From the NCBI GenBank assembly GCA_034189315.1, contig JAXHVC010000144.1, positions 1,026 through 65,025 of the forward strand: DNA of 64,000 bases. Direction: 5' to 3'. Made by a program: the position numbers and the translations under genes. This document shows, piece by piece, positions 9,513 to 18,976 of the stretch. Positions within the stretch are counted from its first letter, which is position 1, and each line of letters begins with the position of its first letter. The DNA comes from Chloroflexota bacterium (lineage in GTDB: Bacteria > Chloroflexota > Dehalococcoidia > UBA2247 > JAXHVC01). The notes under the pieces are model-generated. The model was not told where the DNA came from, did no database searches, and was given only the letters and a program-made list of their open reading frames with translations.

Positions 9513-10432
9513 TGGACTATGTGGCCATCCTGCTACTTGCCCTGGCGTTAGACATAGTATTTGGCGAGTTGCCAAACCAAGTTCATCCTGTAGCTGCGAT
9601 AGGGAGAGTTATCTCGTGGCAGCTTAGGTTTGCTCCTAAGAACAATAAAGAGGCGTTCTTCTATGGAATATTCATAGCTCTATTTACGATAGCTATATTC
9701 TCCGTACCCATCTATATCCTATTGTGGTACCTGAGGGATATCAACGCAGTTCTCTTTGTATTAGTAGGTGCAGTCTGTTTGAAGAACACATTTTCCTTGA
9801 AAGAGCTTGGTTGTGCAGCTAGGCGGGTGCAGAGCCCCTTGCGTGTGGGTGAGCTAACCAAAGCAAGGGAGGCAGTGGGGAGAATCGTCAGTCGCAACAC
9901 TTCTTGTTTGGAGAGAGATGCTGTGGTGGCTGCCACCATAGAATCGGTATCGGAGAATACCTCAGACAGCTTTGTAGCACCACTCTTCTATTTCTTACTA
10001 CTGGGAGTACCTGGTGCTTTGGCCTATCGAGTAGCCAATACCCTTGATGCGATGGTTGGATATCATGGTGAGTATGAATATTTGGGAAAGTTCTCTGCTA
10101 GAATGGATGACATCTTGAATTATATACCCTCTCGTATTAGTGGACTGTTAGTTGTACTCGTGGCAAATCTTGCACGGGGTAGTATGGCAAGGGCTTGGCA
10201 TGTTATGTGGAGAGACCATGCTAATACAGAGAGTCCCAATGCCGGTTGGACTATGTCTGCTACTGCTGGTGCATTGGGTTTGAGGTTGGAGAAAGAAGGG
10301 CAATACTCACTTGGTGATACTATCGTACCGGTATCCGTAGAAGCTATTAGCCAGGGTGTGAGAATAATGTGGCTCTCAGCATGTGTGTGGACAATAGTAT
10401 GTTCGTTCATTACATGGATGGTTCTAGCCTAG
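9509..10432 (+). CDS. cbiB: adenosylcobinamide-phosphate synthase CbiB/CobD family (membrane)
   Basis: The N-terminal LALALDxxFGELPNxxHPV motif and polytopic membrane profile are typical of CbiB. The real ATG is probably at 9512. Confidence 0.75.
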   Translation: MMDYVAILLLALALDIVFGELPNQVHPVAAIGRVISWQLRFAPKNNKEAFFYGIFIALFTIAIFSVPIYILLWYLRDINAVLFVLVGAVCLKNTFSLKELGCAARRVQSPLRVGELTKAREAVGRIVSRNTSCLERDAVVAATIESVSENTSDSFVAPLFYFLLLGVPGALAYRVANTLDAMVGYHGEYEYLGKFSARMDDILNYIPSRISGLLVVLVANLARGSMARAWHVMWRDHANTESPNAGWTMSATAGALGLRLEKEGQYSLGDTIVPVSVEAISQGVRIMWLSACVWTIVCSFITWMVLA

Positions 10433-10491
10433 TTGATTGTATTGCATAGTGGTTCAATCTATCCCAGTAGTGCATGACAGGAGGTTATGAG

Positions 10492-11037
10492 ATGACAGAG
10501 CTCTCACATCCTTTTGGCAGAGGATGTGTTCAAGTATATACAGGGAATTGCAAGGGTAAGACCACTGCGGCCCTTGGCCTGGCATTTCGTGCCATGGGCA
10601 GGGGATTCAAGACCTATATCGGCCAGTTTATGAAGGGATTGCCATATGGTGAGCTAGAAGCAGCCAAGATGACGGAGCCTCATATTACCATCGAGCAGTA
10701 TGGAAAGAATGCCTTTGTGCATGTGCAGAATCCCCCGCTAGAGGAAGATGTCGCAATGGCTTCGGTAGGTTTGTCCAAGGCGAGAGCTGCAATGCTTTCT
10801 GGTGAATACGACATAATAGTATTCGATGAGATACTCACTGCGCATGGATTTCACTTGATCACGGTTCAGGATATGTTGGATATAATTAAAGATAAACCCG
10901 ATGGGGTGGAGGTTGTATTCACTGGGAGGAATGCACCACCAGAGATAATTGCAGCAGCAGACCTTGTAACTGAAATGGTGGAGGTCAAGCACTACTATCA
11001 GAATGGGATAGAAGCACGCGATGGTATTGAGCGGTGA
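10492..11037 (+). CDS. cobO: cob(I)yrinic acid a,c-diamide (corrinoid) adenosyltransferase, CobA/CobO/BtuR type
   Basis: QVYTGNCKGKTTAALG P-loop and about 180 aa length. ATG 10492 has AGGAGG 7 nt upstream (the ORF track started at 10474). Confidence 0.8.
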   Translation: MTELSHPFGRGCVQVYTGNCKGKTTAALGLAFRAMGRGFKTYIGQFMKGLPYGELEAAKMTEPHITIEQYGKNAFVHVQNPPLEEDVAMASVGLSKARAAMLSGEYDIIVFDEILTAHGFHLITVQDMLDIIKDKPDGVEVVFTGRNAPPEIIAAADLVTEMVEVKHYYQNGIEARDGIER

Positions 11038-11161
11038 TCTGAAGATTCGGAAGTATCGTACTTACTCGCCAAATATGCCATGGTGAATAGTGACCTTTAT
11101 CGATCGGAGCCGGATGGACTTCATGTGGATATGGTGAGAAATACAATTTAGGAGTATCGGT

Positions 11162-12538
11162 GTGACTGTCTCTATTCCCAGAATTCTCATTGCAGGTACT
11201 AGTAGTGGCGTAGGCAAAACCACTATAGCTACTGGTATCGTAGCTGCGTTGAGAAAAAGAGGACTGCGGGTACAACCTTTTAAGTGTGGACCTGACTATA
11301 TTGATCCCAGTTATCTATCCTTAGCAGCCGGTATTCCCACGCGCAATCTGGATAGTTGGATGATTCCACCTTACCATATGCTAGATCTCTTTAAGCACGC
11401 AGTTGTGAGTAAAGATATTGCCGTGGTGGAAGGAGTAATGGGGCTCTATGATGGTAGAGGGGGGGCGGAACTCGAGGGTAGTACTGCTGAGATCGCCATG
11501 CTGTTGCGCACACCTGTCGTCCTGGTGATCGATGTCGCAAAGATGTCTGGCAGTGCGGCTGCAGTAGCTTTGGGATATCGGGATTTGGAGCCGAATCTGA
11601 ACATAGTGGGTGTGATCTTGAATAATGTCGGTAGCGATAACCACCTACGTTGGGCTAGTGAAGCGATTGTCAAGAGAGTTGGCCTGCCAGTTTTGGGCTG
11701 TCTTCACAAGCAGGCGGAGGTCGCTTTGCCGGAGCGTCATCTTGGGCTAGTGCCTGCTATAGAGGAAGAGGTGTCCCGAGAGGCGGTAGATCGGATTAGG
11801 GATTATATAGAAGCATCTGTTGATGTGAATGAACTTCTTCGGTTGGCTAGAGTGGCAGAAGAGATTCCCGAAGCTAGTGGTAGCGGGCTTTTTCCTAAGA
11901 GGGAGGAGAGACAAGAAGTCACCTTAGCAGTTGCTCGTGATAGGGCTTTTGACTTCTACTATGAAGACAACCTAGATCTCCTCTCTGCCTGGGGAGCACA
12001 ATTACAGTACGTGAGTCCATTAGAGGACAAGGCATTACCATCTGACCTTAGAGGCCTATACATCGGTGGTGGTTTCCCTGAAATGTATGCTAGAGAGCTA
12101 TCTGCTAACAAGGCATTTCATCATTCTGTTGTGGATGCAGTACAATCGGGTATTCCTATTTACGCTGAGTGTGGGGGCCTTATGTACCTGACAGAGGGGA
12201 TAATCGATTTCGAAAAGCGCGAGCATGCCATGGTAGGGGTTGTTCCCGGTAAGTCGGTGATGAGAGACAGACTCACAAGAATGGGATACGTTGAAGCCGA
12301 GGTGCTGCGAGATACTCCTTTGGCGATCAAAGGGCAGAGATTACGGGGCCATGTATTTCATTGGTCTCAATTGCCTGCTCCAAAGGAAGGTGCAGCCTAT
12401 TGCCTCCGAAATTCGGAGCAGCAATCGGAGGGGTATGTTCTTGGCCCTTGTGATAATGTTCTTGCTTCGTATGTACATCTTCCTTTTGGCGGTGATGTTT
12501 CACTAGCGAAGCGATTTGTGGAGTCATGCCATGGATAG
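11162..12538 (+). CDS. cbiA: cobyrinic acid a,c-diamide synthase (CbiA/CobB)
   Basis: N-terminal IAGTSSGVGKTT plus FKCGPDYIDPSY (a CbiA-specific motif) and a C-terminal class-I glutamine amidotransferase-like domain. 458 aa. Confidence 0.75.
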   Translation: MTVSIPRILIAGTSSGVGKTTIATGIVAALRKRGLRVQPFKCGPDYIDPSYLSLAAGIPTRNLDSWMIPPYHMLDLFKHAVVSKDIAVVEGVMGLYDGRGGAELEGSTAEIAMLLRTPVVLVIDVAKMSGSAAAVALGYRDLEPNLNIVGVILNNVGSDNHLRWASEAIVKRVGLPVLGCLHKQAEVALPERHLGLVPAIEEEVSREAVDRIRDYIEASVDVNELLRLARVAEEIPEASGSGLFPKREERQEVTLAVARDRAFDFYYEDNLDLLSAWGAQLQYVSPLEDKALPSDLRGLYIGGGFPEMYARELSANKAFHHSVVDAVQSGIPIYAECGGLMYLTEGIIDFEKREHAMVGVVPGKSVMRDRLTRMGYVEAEVLRDTPLAIKGQRLRGHVFHWSQLPAPKEGAAYCLRNSEQQSEGYVLGPCDNVLASYVHLPFGGDVSLAKRFVESCHG

Positions 12539-13658
12539 GATTGCAGAGACTCACATTAGCAATACCTTACCTAGGACTATAAGGCCTAGGCAAGGTGTGG
12601 AATCCCTAATACCTTGTTATCATGGTGGCCCCGACTACATAGAGTTAGAAACCTATGGGATTGCTCTGGATCAGGTGAAGGATTTTAGCTCTAACACCAA
12701 TCCCTTTGGGCCACCGCCAGGTGTAAAGGAAGCCTTATCCAAAGTGGATATCTCCCAGTATCCAGATTCCAATGCCACTGAACTCAGGCGTGCATTGACA
12801 TTGAATCTAGGAATTGGGTTGGATAGTATCATCGTGGGTGCGGGGTCGACGGAGTTGATACGTCTCTTGGCACTAGCCTATTTGGGAGTGGGAGATAAGG
12901 TGGTTATTATTGATCCTGCCTTTGGTGAATATGAGGCTGCGTGTGCGGTAGTGGGGGCATCTGCTGTTAGGCACAATATAGCACGGAATAAGGGATTTCA
13001 ACTGAAGGTGAGGGGAATCGTCTCCTTGATTAAAAAATCATCACCCAAGATTGTTTTTCTCTGCAATCCGAATAATCCCACAGGACAATACCTCGAGAAG
13101 CATGAGGTTGAAACCATATTGCAGGTGACTGAAGGCGGCCTGGTTGTCCTCGATGAAGCCTATATCCCCTTTGTAGAAGAACCCTGGTCGTCGTTGGACC
13201 TGCTGGCATCTGGAAACCTGGTAATCCTACGTTCGATGACCAAGGATTTTGCGCTCACCGGACTTCGCTTGGGATATGCTATAGCTTGGCCGGAGATCAT
13301 CTCCAACTTGAGGCGAGTATGCCCGCCATGGAACGTTAATATACTGGCGCTCAGAGCAGGTATGATTGCTCTGGAAACTGGTGAGTATCTCAATCGATGT
13401 GCAAAGGAACTGAAACAGGCGAAGGACTACCTAGTCGAAGAACTATCTAGTCTAGGGTACCGCATCCTTCCATCGAGGGCTAATTTCTTTATGATGGAAG
13501 TGGGCGATGCTGCAAAGTTGAGGCAAGGGCTGCTAAAACAGGGATTCTTGGTGCGGGATTGCACATCTTTTGGTTTACCTCGATATGTGCGCATCGCACC
13601 ACGCACGATACCGGAGTGTGAGGCTTTGGTTGAGGCAATACGTGAGAGTAATTCGTGA
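12516..13658 (+). CDS. cobD: PLP-dependent class II aminotransferase-fold enzyme, probably L-threonine-O-3-phosphate decarboxylase CobD (alternative: HisC)
   Basis: Aminotransferase class I/II fold with the PLP lysine in SMTKDFALTGLRLGY. The CobD assignment comes from position inside the corrinoid operon. The start possibly lies at the Met 5 codons downstream. Confidence 0.55.
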   Translation: MWSHAMDRIAETHISNTLPRTIRPRQGVESLIPCYHGGPDYIELETYGIALDQVKDFSSNTNPFGPPPGVKEALSKVDISQYPDSNATELRRALTLNLGIGLDSIIVGAGSTELIRLLALAYLGVGDKVVIIDPAFGEYEAACAVVGASAVRHNIARNKGFQLKVRGIVSLIKKSSPKIVFLCNPNNPTGQYLEKHEVETILQVTEGGLVVLDEAYIPFVEEPWSSLDLLASGNLVILRSMTKDFALTGLRLGYAIAWPEIISNLRRVCPPWNVNILALRAGMIALETGEYLNRCAKELKQAKDYLVEELSSLGYRILPSRANFFMMEVGDAAKLRQGLLKQGFLVRDCTSFGLPRYVRIAPRTIPECEALVEAIRESNS

Positions 13659-13976
13659 CTCGGTTTATATAGCATCCTGATATCCTATCTTTAATAATCC
13701 TATGTTGGTATTGACTGGTTAGATCAGCATTGGCTCAGCTAGAGACCTATATTAGTCATCGCCTTCAATGTTGCGATAGAACACTAGCTTTCGAAAGACT
13801 AAGCCTTCAAACTCAGCAGCGACCATATGTCTGCCTCACAAACGTTATGACCCCTCCTTGTGTCATCAATAATCATGCTCAGTTGGCTAATTGCTCATTT
13901 AAAGTGGACCCAAGTGGCAGGTTTGAGTTATACTTCATCAACTTAACAAAAGCTACATAGAAGGAGAGTTGGTGGT

Positions 13977-16900
13977 ATGAAGGTTGTCGAGTCTACAAGT
14001 AGTTCAGGAATGGATAGGGTGATACTACAGATTATCAGTATAGTTGTAGTATTGGTCTTATTATCGGCCAGTGTTATCACTACCGGATTGTTGCAGATTG
14101 CCCGTGGCGCAGATGATGTCTTGGATGAGTTGATGATATATGACGATGCCTTGCAGAATGGATTTGCCTACAACGAATGGGGAGAGGGGTGTCTTGTCAG
14201 CCTGTCCTATGAGGATGCTGCAGTGGGCACATATTCTTTAGCAACAGACCTTAATAACTATCTCACACTATTCCTGTACACAGACACGACTTTCGCCAGG
14301 GGCACCTACTCAGATGTGGAATTCTACATTCGGGGAATCTCTCCGGTTAACGAAAGCTTCGATGTTCGTCTTGCTTCGAATAGCTATACCCGGATAGGTA
14401 GCCCTCTGCCCATAGGCGACTACGTAGACGTTTCGGATAGTTGGCAGCATGTCCGGATTCCTCTGAAGGATTTTGGAGTTGAACCGGATGCTTTGGTTGC
14501 GGGATTGGTGTTCAGGGACAATGCAGGGGTGACAGGAAGGGGATACGTCCTCCTGGATAGTATCCGATTTGTGGAGCTAATGGATACCACTGCACCCGAG
14601 ATTACTTCAGCGAGTGCCATCAGCCTCGATCAGGTTACGCTCACGTTCAATGAGAAGATGGATCCGATTGGTGTGGCGGATGTCAATAGCTATTCGATAA
14701 CCTCAACTACAGACATCAACTATGAGAGTGGGAGGAATCCTGTCTCTTCGTCGTTGCTGACGAATGAATGGCAGGCTCTATTAACAGTCAGCCCAGAACT
14801 TCAAGATGGGAATACCTATACAGTAAGTGTCAATGGTCTTCAGGATCTGGCCGGCAACACCATACCGCCAGATTCTGAGGTTTCTTTCGATGTGGCAATT
14901 GAAACCGTGACCCTTTCGGTCGATGCCGAGGTTAGTATCTATCCTTTTAATTCGATGATGCGCGGTTCTGCCTTGGTTAACTGGATGCATTCGTGGAACA
15001 GGCCTTTCCCTGGAGAGATAGAGGGGCTGGTGGAACTCACCAAGGTCCTCAATCCCGGCATTATGAGGTATGGTGGAGGGCTATGGGTCAACGGTGTTGG
15101 CTTCGATCGCAGCAATAGCCACAGATCCGGCGATGCCTGGACCTATGTCGATCCCGATACTGGCGATGAATACTGGTACAACCACTGCCTAAGAGCAGAC
15201 GAAATCGATTCCTTTGTCAGTTTTTGTGAGCAGGTAGGGGCAGAACCGTTGATACAAGTGAATCTGGCTTCCTCCTCCGATGGGCATAGCAATCCTAAGA
15301 TGTGGGCAGACCTTGTAAGATACTGCAATGTAGACAATGACTACGATGTGAAGTATTGGGAGCCGGGCAATGAGTGGGACTACGCTGGCATTCTGGATGA
15401 AAACGAATATGCGCAGCGCTTCGTTACCTATCAAGATGCAATGCTAGAGGTAGATCCGACGATCCAGTTCATGGGCCCGGTATCCGCGGGCTTCCACACC
15501 GACTGGTTTGATCCCCTGCTATCTGCTACACACGATGCAGGACACGACTTGGATGTCCTGGACTGGCATTGGTATCAACTCCTCAATTACAGTGGGGATT
15601 CGAGGCACAACGCTCCTGAGAACCTCTTCAAATACGATGACAGCGGCGAGGCTGATTGGCTGCGCAGATATCGCCGTGTGTATGCCGAAGACATGATGAA
15701 TGTGGTAAAGAACGATTATCTGCCAGGCTACCCCAACATGTTCACCGCGCTAACTGAGCTTGGCACCGGTGTAGGTCAAGATGCACCCATGCAAAGTGAT
15801 TTCGCTGCTGCCTTGTGGCTTGCCGATATGCTGGGAAGGTTTTCATATAATGGACTTGACATATGTACTACCTGGGACCTCTATGATGTCACCTACTGGG
15901 GGCATACCTATCCGGATGATTCCATGTACCCGGATGATGTGTATGTGCGACCTATATACTACACAAAGCTGATGTATGGCCAATACTTCGGCGATCAGAT
16001 GGTCGAGAGCAGCACAAGCGATCCGGAGAAGATGTTAACCATCTGGGCGAGTACTGATGTGGATGAGCCAGACACGCTGAAGCTCATGGTTACCAACCTC
16101 AATGAGAATTCCTGTTATGGTGTCATCAATGTTGATGGTTTTGATCTTCAAGGGGGCGAATACTATAGATTGACCAATCCCGATCCTCTATCTGGCTATT
16201 CACCATCTTTTGGTACCGTGCCCAATCAGGATTTAATGCCAAATGTGAATGGGTATCAGATAGAACCGAGTCATACAGCAGATACTATTATTGCCAGTAT
16301 TCCCCCAATGGACATTAGTGTTATTGGATCGAGTTTTGAGCATTATTTCCCTGCCCATTCCGTTACCTCAATCATTCTAGAGGGCACGTATGATACTGAG
16401 GATAGTACTCCTCCGGTAATCTCCCCTGTGCAAGTGATAGATGCCACTTCATCGTCGGCTACTATTACGTGGACCACGGATGATATGAGCGATTCCGCGA
16501 TCAACTACGGTGAGACAGAATCCCTAGGCACTATAGTGTCAGATTCCAGCCTTGTCACCAGTCACACTATGGAGTTGACGGGCCTATCCAGCAACACAAC
16601 CTACTATTATCAAGTCACTTCAACCAATTCCGATGGCTATTCCTCAACCTCTGGTCTCTACACTTTCACTACGCTTGAATCTGAGCCTGAAGTCAATAGA
16701 CTTCTCGTCTATGATGAATCCTTGGTGAATGGCTTCTCGTACAATGAATGGGGCGAGGGTTGTCTGGTCACTACCTCCTATGCTGATTCAGCATACAGTG
16801 GGTCCTACTCGTTGGCCACAGATTTGAATAATTACAAAACGTTGTTTCTCTACACATACGACATGTTTGATGTGGCCGAGTATTCAGACTTGGAGTTCTA

Positions 16901-17153
16901 CATTCGTGGGAACACGCCGCCCAATAACACCTTCCGTATCAAACTTGCCACGAGTTCCTATGGATCAACTGGTAGTTCGCTTCCTATAAGCGACTACGTG
17001 ACCGTCGGGGAAGAGTGGCAGTATGTGAAGATTCCTGTCGGCGCGTTTGGTGTGGCTCCCGGGACGCAAATCGCGGGATTTCGCTTGAGGGACGATACGG
17101 GCGGGAACGACTCTGGGTATGTATTGCTTGATGAAATACACTTCAGTGAGTAG
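13977..17153 (+). CDS. membrane-anchored multidomain putative glycoside hydrolase (GH-A clan-like TIM barrel) with Ig-like and FN3 domains and a duplicated terminal ~150-aa putative carbohydrate-binding module
   Basis: N-terminal signal anchor (IISIVVVLVLLSASVITTGLL). The YWEPGNEWD NE(W/P)-type acid/base motif lies in the central domain. An FN3-like segment (ATITWTTDDMSDSAINYGETESLGT...TYYYQVTSTNS) follows. A ~150-aa module at aa ~50-200 is repeated at the extreme C-terminus (NGFAYNEWGEGCLVSLSYEDAAVGTYSLATDLNNY vs NGFSYNEWGEGCLVTTSYADSAYSGSYSLATDLNNY). Confidence 0.6.
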   Translation: MKVVESTSSSGMDRVILQIISIVVVLVLLSASVITTGLLQIARGADDVLDELMIYDDALQNGFAYNEWGEGCLVSLSYEDAAVGTYSLATDLNNYLTLFLYTDTTFARGTYSDVEFYIRGISPVNESFDVRLASNSYTRIGSPLPIGDYVDVSDSWQHVRIPLKDFGVEPDALVAGLVFRDNAGVTGRGYVLLDSIRFVELMDTTAPEITSASAISLDQVTLTFNEKMDPIGVADVNSYSITSTTDINYESGRNPVSSSLLTNEWQALLTVSPELQDGNTYTVSVNGLQDLAGNTIPPDSEVSFDVAIETVTLSVDAEVSIYPFNSMMRGSALVNWMHSWNRPFPGEIEGLVELTKVLNPGIMRYGGGLWVNGVGFDRSNSHRSGDAWTYVDPDTGDEYWYNHCLRADEIDSFVSFCEQVGAEPLIQVNLASSSDGHSNPKMWADLVRYCNVDNDYDVKYWEPGNEWDYAGILDENEYAQRFVTYQDAMLEVDPTIQFMGPVSAGFHTDWFDPLLSATHDAGHDLDVLDWHWYQLLNYSGDSRHNAPENLFKYDDSGEADWLRRYRRVYAEDMMNVVKNDYLPGYPNMFTALTELGTGVGQDAPMQSDFAAALWLADMLGRFSYNGLDICTTWDLYDVTYWGHTYPDDSMYPDDVYVRPIYYTKLMYGQYFGDQMVESSTSDPEKMLTIWASTDVDEPDTLKLMVTNLNENSCYGVINVDGFDLQGGEYYRLTNPDPLSGYSPSFGTVPNQDLMPNVNGYQIEPSHTADTIIASIPPMDISVIGSSFEHYFPAHSVTSIILEGTYDTEDSTPPVISPVQVIDATSSSATITWTTDDMSDSAINYGETESLGTIVSDSSLVTSHTMELTGLSSNTTYYYQVTSTNSDGYSSTSGLYTFTTLESEPEVNRLLVYDESLVNGFSYNEWGEGCLVTTSYADSAYSGSYSLATDLNNYKTLFLYTYDMFDVAEYSDLEFYIRGNTPPNNTFRIKLATSSYGSTGSSLPISDYVTVGEEWQYVKIPVGAFGVAPGTQIAGFRLRDDTGGNDSGYVLLDEIHFSE

Positions 17154-17174
17154 CCCTGTGTTGTTCAATTCTAG

Positions 17175-17205
17175 GGTAGTGGCGAACTAATTCGCCACTA
17201 CCCGT
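17175..17205 (+). terminator. strong hairpin downstream of the 13977-17153 gene (candidate terminator, no T-run)
   Basis: GGGTAGTGGCGAA-CTAA-TTCGCCACTACCC, a perfect 13-bp stem. Confidence 0.4.
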
Positions 17206-17881
17206 ACATTCAGATCGCCAAAAGCAGGTATAGGGTGTGCCCATAATTCTGCCTAGTCCTGTTTATATCCCAAAGATTGGTGGGCACAACCTCATAAGCG
17301 CCAGGTTTGGTTAATATGCGCAAAATGGTCCTTCCCGTGAAGCTTGTCACCGATTTGATCGGGGACAAGGAATCCACATCGCTTACTGGGGCAAGTGCTC
17401 CCTGGATTCCCGTTTGCACGGGAATGACAGTCTTGAGTGTGCTCTGAGCTAGTTCTAATGCGGCGTAGCCCTCCCTATGTCTTTGATGCAAGCAAAGCCT
17501 AGCGAGGTTTCCCATCGGAGTCTGGAACGATATCGGCGTAACGAGCTCAAATCAACATGTCATTCCCGCGAAGAGAGTGTGTCACAGTCCCTGCATATCT
17601 GTCATTGCAGGGAGTGAAAGGACGGAGTAATCTCAGGGTGGGGTGATAAGATTGCCGCGATTCCCTCACGATTGTAATTTGTTTGGAAACGGGTGCTTGG
17701 GATTTGGATTTTCATTCATATACAGTGAGACATGGAAATCTGACGGCATTTTTTCTGGGCTGAACTTAATGACAGTGTCATTGAAGTGAGGATCCAGGTG
17801 ATTTCTCTCTTGACAAAGGCGTGAGATTGCAAAGATCATTACTAGACACTACACTAGTGAACACTATTGAGGAGCGTTAGC

Positions 17882-18403
17882 GTGAAGCAAGGATCGAGAG
17901 GTCTCATTCAGGTCTATACAGGTGATGGCAAAGGTAAAACCACGGCAGCCCTTGGATTGGCTATACGAGCAGCTGGTCGTGACCTCCTAGTAATAATGAT
18001 TCAATTCCTAAAGGGCGAGGAAAGCGGAGAACATCTATTTCTATCCCGTCAGAAACAGATTGAGATCCTCCAACTCAATACGGATAATTGCTTCCAGCAG
18101 TCAACAGCGGAGCTCCAACAGATTGTCGAAAAGACCTGGAGCTGTTCTAGAGAAAAGGTCATGGGTGGAGAATACGATGTCGTTATATTAGATGAGGTGT
18201 TTGTGGCCATTAGTCGAGAGATGCTTTTGATTGCTGACGTACTTGATCTGATGAGACAAAAGCCAGACCATGTAGAATTAGTACTCACCGGGCGTAACGC
18301 ATCTCCTGAAATCGTAAGAGAAGCAGACTTGGTAACAGAGATGCTCATGATCAAACATCCTCACACCGAAGGCATAGGCCAGCGTATAGGTATTGAGTTG
18401 TGA
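17882..18403 (+). CDS. cobO: second corrinoid adenosyltransferase paralog (CobA/CobO type)
   Basis: QVYTGDGKGKTTAALG P-loop, about 45-50% identical to the 10492-11037 product. GTG 17882 has GAGGAG 6 nt upstream (the ORF-track TTG 17867 is also possible). Confidence 0.7.
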   Translation: MKQGSRGLIQVYTGDGKGKTTAALGLAIRAAGRDLLVIMIQFLKGEESGEHLFLSRQKQIEILQLNTDNCFQQSTAELQQIVEKTWSCSREKVMGGEYDVVILDEVFVAISREMLLIADVLDLMRQKPDHVELVLTGRNASPEIVREADLVTEMLMIKHPHTEGIGQRIGIEL

Positions 18404-18505
18404 AGAGAAGGAAGATCCTCGATACAAACTATAGTGGTTAGATGTCTAAGTGTTCCTTCTTAAAAGAGACATGCACGTGAATGGTTATTATCGTGCGAGA
18501 TAACC

Positions 18506-18898
18506 TTAGATCATAGCCCTGTTACGCAATTCTACAAGATTATGAATGATGTAATGCCCGTTTTTAACACTTAAGATGTGGGCATCTTCGAACAGGCGTT
18601 GTGCGTCGGCGACCGACGACATGGTTGTCCCAATCATACCTGCCAGCTCAGCTTGAGGGAGGCGCATAGATATTACGCATCCCTCAGATGTTTCATGACC
18701 ATGAGATTCCATCAGCTCCAACAGCTTTCTTGCCATACAGCTTGGTGGCTCGGTGAAGACCACACTTTCAATTTGAGAAGTGGCATTGCGCAGCCATTGG
18801 GCTAGTACGGCAAGGAGGCGAATTGCCATATCTGGATACATCCTTATAAACTCCAAGAAATCCTCTCGCTCCAGAGCTGGTGTTTCTACAGGTTTCAT
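18506..18898 (-). CDS. Crp/Fnr-family regulator, C-terminal half only (dimerisation helix plus HTH), likely truncated
   Basis: FLEFIRMYPDMAIRLLAVLAQWLR and the downstream HTH-like segment resemble the C-terminal ~130 aa of Crp/Fnr proteins. No cNMP-binding beta-roll precedes it. A MITE copy lies immediately upstream. Confidence 0.45.
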   Translation of the reverse strand: MKPVETPALEREDFLEFIRMYPDMAIRLLAVLAQWLRNATSQIESVVFTEPPSCMARKLLELMESHGHETSEGCVISMRLPQAELAGMIGTTMSSVADAQRLFEDAHILSVKNGHYIIHNLVELRNRAMI

Positions 18899-18976
18899 TG
18901 CAGTTGCTGCTGCAGACAGACTGTGTCACAATCTGTCCTTGTCCTTAAGCAGATTGTAATTGCTATCCTGGATTTG

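Noticed and set aside
17210-17515. 101-aa minus-strand ORF in the 700-bp spacer upstream of the second cobO
   Set aside because: No SD, no homology signal, and it overlaps MITE-like fragments. It is not supportable as a gene.
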